A stretch of 64,000 nucleotides of DNA, taken from the NCBI GenBank assembly GCA_965644295.1, contig CBFFRP010000217.1, positions 124,001 through 188,000 on the forward strand, given 5' to 3'. The notes below the pieces were generated by a model. That model had not been told where the DNA came from and ran no database searches. It worked only from the letters and a program-made list of their open reading frames with translations. This DNA comes from Paraphysomonas bandaiensis (lineage: Eukaryota > Protista > Chrysophyceae). This document shows, piece after piece, positions 36,101-41,500 of this stretch. Both the position numbers and the translations under genes were made by a program. Numbering within the stretch: the first letter of the stretch is position 1; each line of letters opens with the position of its first letter.

Positions 36101-36523
36101 GAAGAGAAGCGCGACGAGTCACACCTCTTTGATTCGTTTGATGATTTCTACAGTACCAGTTTTGGAGGTTCAGAGATGGATTCCACAGTTGAGGGTACTG
36201 CAGACTATGATGGGACGACAGTGGCTCTAAGTGTTGCAGAGTCCGCTAGTGCCCCTGGTAATGTCCGGACAAGTCGGGGAACCCCGCCACCACGCAGCGA
36301 GTCGGATAGTTTCGCTTTGAATGGTACACAAAAAAGTCAGAGAAGCGTCGCCGACACGTCAGAGTCTTCTTTCCCGAGCCAAGTTGTGTATCGCGGTCAG
36401 AGAAACCAGCCCGAAGCCTCAAATGAAGACTCGGCGTCCTCAAATCTATTTGATGTATTCACATCACCGATGCGGAGACCAGATGATGATGTTCATGTGG
36501 TGTCGGAGGAGTTTGGCCTCTAG
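21149..36523 (+). CDS. Giant (5124 aa) intronless type-I membrane/surface glycoprotein: signal peptide, three H-lectin-like repeats, Pro/Thr mucin stalks, 7 Cys-rich DRFGDGW domains, 2 plant-type LRR domains, TM, Ser-rich tail
   Basis: Uninterrupted 15.4-kb ORF with a hydrophobic N-terminus. LRR consensus LTGTLPSSIGNL..L..LDFSGNNLSGPIP (about 32230-32880) and IVGSVPFTVGNL..LDMSANEFIGPLP (about 34480-35130). TM VIGYAVGGFVFIGLVIVLCLFF followed by RKR (about 35215-35290). Confidence 0.9.
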   Translation: MLRTSIVHIFYLLISLKLFNAHYASPENSVIDLTTQKYVDSFWIEGGYLEIADDTWTVVSTTLTTFRNAVVFISTPVIDEYSGPMAPRIRRVSSSGRVSFEAALYGVNDSFCSTEWSVPTSMGPTVVTWLAVEQGAYQLAGHRLFIGEGNIMRVNEDSNDAVNYVRLNFPRGCGSHINACSFDEITHVGFISQLQTLVYERYLIARGVHIRRSYIEFLLQPHDSAISNYYVMTTPEKLAYFAFPLGLHAGCMEGINLESISINGATHVPQALEFDMTYISTPGLFAVVGSAADVSESTGVGVLDLTSVGANIYVQEDRCISPTLHPSPESVYALVLGEQREPGDVVCMGLFTPAGPSRKPRALVADKGFVTTTAMGALGTTPAPTPSVGSTPAPTPSIGSTPAPTPSVGSTPAPTPSIGSTPAPTPSIGSTPAPTPSIGSTPAPTPSIGSTPAPTPSIGSTPAPTSKPTVAPTSMPTFSPTRPPTGQPTSCPSFTPTSAPTIVPTSTPTFTPTSMPSIAPTGFPTLLPTAAPTSIPSRAPTVTPTPVPSISPTASPSHSPTSTPTFVPTSSPTNTPTGAPTISPTGVPSSTPTTIPTASPTRAPTMSPTAVPSSAPTEVPTVTPTAFPTFAPTAIPTASPTAVPSSSPTAGPTVTPTASPTHAPTVSPTAVPSSSPTAGPTAIPTASPTHAPSASPTASPTAVPSSSPTAGPTVTPTASPTHAPTVSPTAVPSSSPTAGPTVIPTASPTHAPSASPTASPTAVPSSSPTAGPTVTPTASPTHAPSASPTASPTAVPSSSPTPGPTVTPTASPTHAPTAIPTASPTAVPSSSPTAGPTVTPTAFPTHPPTASPTAVPSSSPTAGPTVTPTAFPTHSPTASPTAVPSSCPTAGPTVTPTASPTHAPSASPTASPTAVPSNSPTVSPTAVPSSSPTAGPTVTPTASPTHAPTAIPTASPTAVPTIHPTAAPSSSPSVTPTYLPTSDNGFSCVDNCTDIVLPTDETCLFVSIFDRFGDGWGSDVNLHYWLEAGGVKYYDSYATSDCDCITRVACLSPIGSVGDQAYFFSVSNDENVLPDFFWEIHWTVQVVENGVFGPKYYGGYNTSMVFDYSSADNHYELSTYEGLLTYPESCSEYNSTTDFTSWYIDNRRYDGTGSAFSGPGDASAYSDSSYFITSAHNSSLLSKFSSSSCFSDAGFFESECFAPGSYIYRMTGVCGIGSGNFTWSFCGRTGGIGEQLKFDIIDGECVPGAQDTIDDVCNPKPSLEPTSLPTFLPTLFPTRKPTQSPTNKPSSIPTRAPTRVPTRSPTRAPTRVPTRSPTRAPTRVPTRSPTRAPTRVPTRSPTRAPTATPSVSPTVTPTRVPTTIPTANPSVAPTFTPSVEPTKLPTLFPTVTPTATPTIEPSMMPTCAPTANPTLCPTVEPGLPTPPPTSHPTSAPTLLPTLKPSSQPTVFPTSIPSLDPTVKPTASPTVTPTASPTAVPSNSPTAGPTVIPTASPTHAPSASPTASPTAVPSSSPTAGPTVTPTASPTHAPSASPTASPTAVPSSSPTAGPTVTPTASPTHPPSASPTASPTAVPSSSPTAGPTVIPTASPTHAPSASPTASPTAVPSSSPTADPTVAPTASPTHSPTASPTAVPSSSPTAGPTVTPTASPTHAPTASPTVSPTAVPSSSPTAGPTVTPTASPTHAPTAIPTASPTAVPTIHPTAAPSSSPSVTPTYLPTSDNGFSCVDNCTDIVLPTDETCLFVSIFDRFGDGWGSDVNLHYWLEAGGVKYYDSYATSDCDCITRVACLSPIGSVGDQAYFFSVSNDENVLPDFFWEIHWTVQVVENGVFGPKYYGGYNTSMVFDYSSADNHYELSTYEGLLTYPESCSEYNSTTDFTSWYIDNRRYDGTGSAFSGPGDASAYSDSSYFITSADNKNDLFTFSSTYCHASWKNTDTECFESGHYIFRSTGFCDENSDNFTWSFCGESGGSQEQFEFEIVGGECIAGAKTSLVDVCLSLPTLTPTPKPTVSPTLSPTFSPTALPTSSPTFTPTISPTESPSFVPSSVPSSFPSESNTLECVDNCTDIMVSPTDTCLYVTLIDRFGDGWGSDVDFEHWVVAAGVEYTPLSATVDCDCTVIGGCLSPLMALGDQSQYLSVRSDDNSLPDFFWEIHWTVQVVENGVFGPKYYGGYNTSMVFDYSSADNHYELSTYEGLLTYPESCSEYNSTTDFTSWYIDNRRYDGTGSAFSGPGDASAYSDSSYFITSADNKNDLFTFSSTYCHASWKNTDTECFESGHYIFRSTGFCDENSDNFTWSFCGESGGSQEQFEFEIVGGECIAGAKISLVDVCLSLPTLTPTPKPTVSPTLSPTFSPTALPTSSPTFTPTISPTESPSFVPSSVPSSFPSESNTLECVDNCTDIMVSPTDTCLYVTLIDRFGDGWGSDVDFEHWVVAAGVEYTPLSATVDCDCTVIGGCLSPLMALGDQSQYLSVRSDDNSLPDFFWEIHWTVQVVENGVFGPKYYGGYNTSMVFDYSSADNHYELSTYEGLLTYPESCSEYNSTTDFTSWYIDNRRYDGTGSAFSGPGDASAYSDSSYFITSADNKNDLFTFSSTYCHASWKNTDTECFESGHYIFRSTGFCDENSDNFTWSFCGESGGSQEQFEFEIVGGECIAGAKISLVDVCLSLPTLTPTPKPTVSPTLSPTFSPTALPTSSPTFTPTISPTESPSFVPSSVPSSFPSESNTLECVDNCTDIMVSPTDTCLYVTLIDRFGDGWGSDVDFEHWVVAAGVEYTPLSATVDCDCTVIGGCLSPLMTLGDQSQYLSVRSDDNSLPDFFWEIHWTVQVVENGVFGPKYYGGYNTSMVFDYSSADNHYELSTYEGLLTYPESCSEYNSTTDFTSWYIDNRRYDGTGSAFSGPGDASAYSDSSYFITSADNKNDLFTFSSTYCHASWKNTDTECFESGHYIFRSTGFCDENSDNFTWSFCGESGGSQEQFEFEIVGGECIAGAKTSLVDVCLSLPTLTPTPKPTVSPTLSPTFSPTALPTSSPTFTPTISPTESPSFVPSSVPSSFPSESNTLECVDNCTDIMVSPTDTCLYVTLIDRFGDGWGSDVDFEHWVVAAGVEYTPLSATVDCDCTVIGGCLSPLMALGDQSQYLSVRSDDNSLPDFFWEIHWTVQVVENGVFGPKYYGGYNTSMVFDYSSADNHYELSTYEGLLTYPESCSEYNSTTDFTSWYIDNRRYDGTGSAFSGPGDASAYSDSSYFITSADNKNDLFSSTYCHASWKNTDTECFESGHYIFRSTGFCDENSDNFTWSFCGESGGSQEQFEFEIIGGECIAGAKTSLVDVCLSLPTLTPTPKPTVSPTLSPTFSPTALPTSSPTFTPTISPTESPSFVPSSVPSSFPSESNTLECVDNCTDIMVSPTDTCLYVTLIDRFGDGWGSDVDFEHWVVAAGVEYTPLSATVDCDCTVIGGCLSPLMALGDQSQYLSVRSDDNSLPDFFWEIHWTVQVVENGVFGPKYYGGYNTSMVFDYSSADNHYELSTYEGLLTYPESCSEYNSTTDFTSWYIDNRRYDGTGSAFSGPGDASAYSDSSYFITSADNKNDLFTFSSTYCHASWKYSETECFESGHYIFRSTGFCDENSDNFTWSFCGESGGSQEQFEFEIVGGECIAGAKTTVVHFCPESPTSLPSVSPTFSPTITSSPTVVPTYFISVNETGAALCDMSASFRLYELAENGWQCDESNQPITTNDVHVCDDNWSGLVCDSDNEVVSVSFAGMGLTGTLPSSIGNLKGMTALDFSGNNLSGPIPASFSKLRNLRSLNLAGNNFGSSGRRRWLSSSMDVELAVRRLQIDYIDPAFSIFSRMTSLTYLDISENGYRGQIPESMCNLKKLSTFITISESPAPGRANDFDCVAQCLVSNPKLNLVIEEDIAICPPPPTAYPTISPTVEGATNSPTTAPTVSPTVVPTLFPTTVPTVEGATNSPTTAPTVSPTVVPTLFPTTVPTVEGATNSPTTVPTVSPTVVPTLFPTTVPTVEGATNSPTTVPTVSPTVVPTLFPTTVPTVEGATNSPTTSPTVSPTVVPTLFPTTVPTVEGATNSPTTSPTVSPTVVPTLFPTTVPTVEGATNSPTTVPTVSPTVVPTLFPTTVPTVEGATNSPTTVPTVSPTVVPTLLPTTVPTVEGATNSPTTSPTVSPTVVPTLFPTTVPTVEGATNSPTTVPTVSPTVVPTLFPTTVPTVEGATNSPTAAPTVSPTVVPTLLPTTVPTVEGATNSPTTSPTVSPTVVPTLFPTTVPTVEGATNSPTTSPTVSPTVVPTLFPTTVPTVEGATNSPTTVPTVSPTVVPTLFPTTVPTVEGATNSPTTAPTVSPTVVPTLFPTTVPTVEGATNSPTAAPTVSPTVVGATLSPTVVPSYSPSWNPTIVPSHKPTEVPTVSPTLPGETNQPSCAPSLAPTFEGATNTPTRIANAADIALCSLISSTNIPSLVEDGVLSGWKCGDNFVPESPSGSAAAYCDDGWTGVTCIDNVIDAIDLSGFGIVGSVPFTVGNLVSLRSLDMSANEFIGPLPTSLSRLVNLESLDVHDNFLGSASISSDGDVARSRRLQNIDDSLHIFGNMESLSYLDISGNGFQGEIPGSLCAAPLRTLRVKELESTSYPRNEFTCISSCLLANPNLILVIPSNIQECVTTEPTSSPTNPAAGALTNSEASPQSTTSVIGYAVGGFVFIGLVIVLCLFFRKRVKEQQDLKEEAFSNWQEKEKTRLDIHELQSASSSNNTSDSNNSISYSSHSSYSGSGSSTGSGSRASGSTGMKKMVGNGLELRTQNSADLSFPLVVDLDTSDGENDKFTVEHSDDLYDDGSSYVTGSTETSSVYTRSLDSQTSRTTSTRSNRSWTSGSLGQSDSRSITSGTSYSGSSVSGSSFTGSTWSRSTGTWSTRSGMSRSTMSRSSGFFSSGVDSHIPPIREEREESSYTNSHSDTERGDSITTSTYPEDYVEYGRDVYHDDSSLRFEEKRDESHLFDSFDDFYSTSFGGSEMDSTVEGTADYDGTTVALSVAESASAPGNVRTSRGTPPPRSESDSFALNGTQKSQRSVADTSESSFPSQVVYRGQRNQPEASNEDSASSNLFDVFTSPMRRPDDDVHVVSEEFGL
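22283..22540 (+). repeat. 30-bp coding tandem repeat (GSTPAPTPS[IV], about 9 copies)
   Basis: Repeated GGATCTACCCCGGCTCCTACTCCTTC units. Confidence 0.95.
23905..26893 (+). repeat. Internal duplication with 2220-bp offset (about 23905-24673 = 26125-26893); includes a 36-bp PTRAPTRVPTRS array at about 25025-25180
   Basis: Sequence lines 24001-24660 and 26221-26880 are identical, and the alternative-frame ORFs 24318-24521 and 26538-26741 are identical. Confidence 0.93.
26583..32109 (+). repeat. 999-bp (333-aa) near-identical coding tandem repeat, about 5.5 units
   Basis: Shadow ORFs recur at 26760, 27759, 28758, 29757, 30756 and 31749 (spacing 999 bp, the last 993 bp because of a 6-bp in-frame deletion near 30908). 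Confidence 0.97.
32920..34280 (+). repeat. 81-bp coding tandem repeat (TVEGATNSPTTxPTVSPTVVPTLFPTTVP-type, about 17 copies)
   Basis: Repeated ACTGTAGAAGGTGCTACTAATTCTCCCACGACT units. Confidence 0.95.
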
Positions 36524-37249
36524 AGTTTGGAGGTTTTATATATGTATTGGTGATCGTAAGATCATATCATTTTATATTATGGACATTTAGCGCAATTTAA
36601 ACACTCTTTACATGTATGAGTTACCAAATTGTGTACATTGTCAATTGAACATCGGTAGATATTCTATTTATGAATTGCGCAAAGTTGTGCGTGTTGTGAG
36701 ATATGTATGCAGAATATAGACATAACCCTTACTTTATATTGCCATTATAGGTGAGATATCGTAACGTATAATACCAAGGTGTTGTGTGATAATGAATATG
36801 CCGATTTGCGTATGGTACATTATACGTTATACCGCATTGCAATACGAACTGATGTGTAGTACTAAACCCCATGAAGCATCCTGGAGGATCATCCAGCACA
36901 TTAACACCAGTATTGTTAGTTAAAAGCTAATAGTTTCCAGAAAAGTATAGAATAGATCCGAAAGTTGAAGTATTGGCGATACAAATGACACGACCTTACT
37001 ATGTGCTCTGTTGAGCAATTAAGAACTGTATTTTAAGTATAGCAGTCACTAGAATAGCCGTATCAGAGTCAGTATTGTATGAGATAGTTTTGACAAAATG
37101 AAATGTATTGACTGTATAAGACGACACTTGAAACTCGCCAGGACTTAGAACACCTATGGGCTTATATGTATTAGAACGATGAACTATCGTACAATGAAAT
37201 GATTACAGCTTACAGTATGTCGCAGATACGATCAAACAAAGAGCCCCCT

Positions 37250-38280
37250 CAACAAAGTCGGTTTCCCAACTTCTCGTGGTGTTCTGGGGGATATGTACCA
37301 GAGATATGTCTCCAGCAAACTAACGTGAACCGCATATATAGTCAGAAGATATTGTTCTGCCAATTCATATCCAAATGCTTGTGTGGTGTAAGGGACATTA
37401 ACAAGTGTCACGATTGCATAATGTTGACTTAAAACTATTCTTACTGCTTGGAAATCATAAAAACGTAACAGAGATTTCAAGAACCAAGAACAATAATCAA
37501 TACAATAAAATTATTATTACTGCGTCTGTAAGAACAATACACGGTGAATTTCTTGTGCCTGTCTATTGATCGTTGACATTAATTCGAGATCACCTTCATA
37601 CGTGATAAAATCATTTTAACGTACCTGTCTCCGTTCCCTGCTTTTCTTCTTAGGTTCCGTTTTCTGCCCACTCATAGCCAAATTCTTGTGTGGTACAAGG
37701 GACATTAATAAGTGGCATTTGTGTAGACGTCTTTAGGCCTTGACGAATAAACAGGAATCCGGGAATGGGAGGGCAACCGCGGTATTGGGCTGTTTTGCAG
37801 AATTCGAGCACCCGAGATGAGTTCACCTTAAGGACTAAAAAAAATCTGAAGTTAGCAGATGTCAGGTATATCAACATTCTGCTTGATCACTGGGTGTCAC
37901 AAACGCGTCTTACAATGCTAAGAGAGAGGGAGAGCTTCACTGATGTATATTGGACTGGTTAGCTTGTATTTGCTGTGGGTGAACAACTCACCTGGAAGTC
38001 TATGCTAGAAGGGACTCTCGATTTTATTTTAATGTTCGATCATTATTGTTGGCTGAACTAAGCTAGGATTATTGTTTTCTACTCGTTTAGAATGTGGAAA
38101 TAATAAATGTATCATTACTCTACTAATTTCTGACTGCGCTTACTTTGAGTGATAGATCGAAAATGGTTGCACTTTGGTGCTTGCGGTGATGAACAAGCAG
38201 CGTTCGTAGAGTTGAGTTGTAGGATATCCGATATAAGCACTATAGTTAGTTAAATTAGTTCTACTGAATGTCTGATTAAT
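37250..38280 (-). repeat. Cluster of fragments of the dispersed repeat family, including a 220-bp block (37407-37627) inverted relative to 44351-44570
   Basis: Reverse-complement matches to 3810-4200 and to 44290-44570. Confidence 0.8.
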
Positions 38281-38548
38281 AAGAAGCGCAAGCTTGTGCG
38301 GTGCCGCAACCAACCTAACAACTTGCGCGACACTAAGCATAACATAACTTTCATCTAGTTACTACCCGGTATAATCCGGATCATATGCTTCTGCTCAATC
38401 TACTTGTCCTACCACAAACAACTTGCAGTCGATGTCTACGACATATATATAGGTCTCCTATGTATGTTGCAGATCTTTAGGGCCCTCTAGAAGGTGGTGT
38501 TCACAGCAGCAGATTGTCTGGAGAAAGGAGAAGAGTAGCTCTAGAACC

Positions 38549-41500
38549 TAACAGAAGTTGACATTATTTGCTAAGGTTTACTATTCTCAACTGATAAGAT
38601 GAAATTATAAACATTACATGATAAAGAACCTAAGTTGTGTTCGATGTGTTCAACACCATTCATTTACTACTATAGTGTACAAACCACCCACTCAGTGATC
38701 GTATCCTGTATAGTCATCCACTTCTACTTCAGTTTCATACTACATAATATAATGTACTAATTACATATATATCTTTCGATCCTTGCATCTCACATAATAC
38801 TGCACTCAATTGCAAGTATATAGAATCTTCAGATCTCAACACTCCCCCTCAATTGAGTGTTGTACTTATGACGCCTCCCAGCTATTGAATGCCTGAGATA
38901 AAAAAATTCTTGACAGTAAAATAGACTCATCTCTAAGTCTAAACCTCTGTCTAAAAAACTCAGTACCTACTTGCGCCTTCTTTTATCCCTTGGTCCCTCA
39001 TTAATCACTTCAGTGGAACTCTTAACTTTCTCTCCAAGATTTCTCTTTCTCTGCTCCATATATGATAAACCAACCAATGACTTTGTATAAATATCTGCTG
39101 CTTGTTGCGATGTATGCACATGCACTAACTTAATCGTATTGAACTGATTGGGATCCACGTGCTCTCTCACCATGTGATACTTAATCTCAATGTGCTTCGA
39201 CTTCTTGTGAAACACTGGGTTTTCGGCCAAATCCTGGGCACTCTGACTGTCGATGAAGAATGGTGTGGGTTTGATGAGCCTCAACTTAATCTCACCCGTC
39301 ACCCCCCGAACCCATAGCACTTCTTGGAGACCCGAGTAAATACACTGATACTCAGACTGCATGCTTGACGTTGCCACTGTCGTCTGCAGTTTGGACTGCC
39401 AGACTATAGGCCCTCCCGCTGCAAACCCAACGTACCCCGACGTGGACTTCCTGGAGAGCTGATCTCCCGCCCAATCCGCGTCAGTAAACATATGGAAGTC
39501 GAACCGTCTACTCCCATATTGAATCCCTTTGTCAATAGAACCACGAATATATTGCCATACATGTGTTAATAGCTTGCATACTTCAATATTCACCTTATTA
39601 CTGAACCGAGACAGTACTCCCACTGCATAGGCAATATCCGGCCTCGTGTTCATCGATAGATATAGTAATGCACCTATCAGCGGCCGATATGGGAAGTTAT
39701 CTACTATAAGCTGTTCCTCCTCGGTATGCTCATGCCGCGCCCCTTTTGCCACTAAATCCATTGCTTCCGCCGGTAGAGGACTCTTCCGTACCTTTCGCGG
39801 TGACCCAAGATACTTTTCAAACTTTTCTAAGATCTTAGCCGCATATACTGATTGGTCAAGACGAATATACTCTGGCGTTCTTGTGACTCGAACATTCAGA
39901 AAATGTTCCATCTCGCCCATATCCTTCATATCAAACCGGGCACACAGTTGAGCTTTAATATCCTTCACTATGTTGACATCACGACCTAACACTAGGATAT
40001 CATCCACATATATCGTTAATAATATCAATTCATCGCCCTTATACTGATAATACAAACACGGGTCTAATACACATGGTTTAAAATGCATAGATCGTATGAA
40101 TTTATCCAATGTTTTCCACCACGACCGCGGGGAACTCCGAAGCCCGTATAACGACTTCTTCAACTTAAAGCAGTACCCCTCAGGCAGCTGAAAGTCCGGA
40201 GTTGCCTTCATATATACATCCCCCTCTATATCTGCATATAGAAATGCGTTAGACACATCCAGTTGATGAATTACCATGTTCATCACGAAAGCTATGGCGA
40301 TTAACAGTCGCACTGTTACCCCCTTAACAACGGGTGCGAAATGGTTCGCCCAACCACTCGACTGCTGTCCACAACCGATTGCTACAAGACGAGCCTTATA
40401 TCGGCGGACCTCTCCCTCCTTATCGTACTTCTTTCCATAGACGTACTTGGAGTGCAGTGGGACGACTCCGTCCGGTATACGAGTCACCTCCATGGTATCT
40501 CGCTTCGCCAAACCCTCTCGCTCTACACGGCGAGCTCGTCTCCACTCCCTGTGCTCGGCACTCTCCAAGGACTCACGATGTGTCTGAGGCACTGTCGACT
40601 CTTCCGCTGACATCCACACTGAGTCTGCCTCCTGTAAAAGGTCACTCACATCACTCTCATCACTCAAATGATGGATTTGTCCTAACACCGACACATTCGT
40701 TACCGTCCTTGGAGTTCTTGCGCGTTTGCCGTGCGGATGATTCTCGGCAGGGGTCCCTTCCCCCGAAGGTAATGCTGAGTCAGCCTGGGGCTGCACCTGC
40801 CCACTTTCCGACTGCTGTGGCACCACTCCGCTGATACCGCCGTCACGGTTGTCAGTAACTCTGGCCCTAACCACCCTCTGCGCAAGATCCTCTGTCATCT
40901 TCTTGATGTCAGCAATATGAATAGGAGTTTTATCCTCCACTTGAACCTGGTTACCAGTAACCAACGACCGGTATCCCACAATAAGTCCCTTCCTTATCAC
41001 CACTCTGTTAGTCTTGTATAGCAGACCACCATCCTCATGGTGCTTTCCGATAAGATACTCAAACTCACCCGGTTGACGAGCCTCGGGATCTATAGCCACT
41101 TGAGCCTCCTCCAGCTCTCTATAATAATCCTGAGACCTCTCAGGTACCGATTCATCAAATAATACATGTACAGAGTGTACTACGGTGTCCCCCACTAGCA
41201 CCTTGTATCCTTTTCGATCAGCTGGATACCCTATGAAATAACCTGTCATTGCTTTGTCCTCCCAGTCCTTCCTCCTGTCGGCCTTGGGTGTTAGCACATA
41301 TGCTTTGCACCCCCATTTCCGTAGCCACGATAGGCTGGGAACGCTCCCCCCTGGGACACACTCATATGGAGACATCCATCCTTGCCACGTCCGAGTTGGC
41401 ATTCGTCGCACAATGTAACATGCAGTTTGATAAGCATCAGACCAGAACGACTTTGGAAGTCCAGATGCCGTCAACATCGTCAGTGTCATCTCCCCAATTG

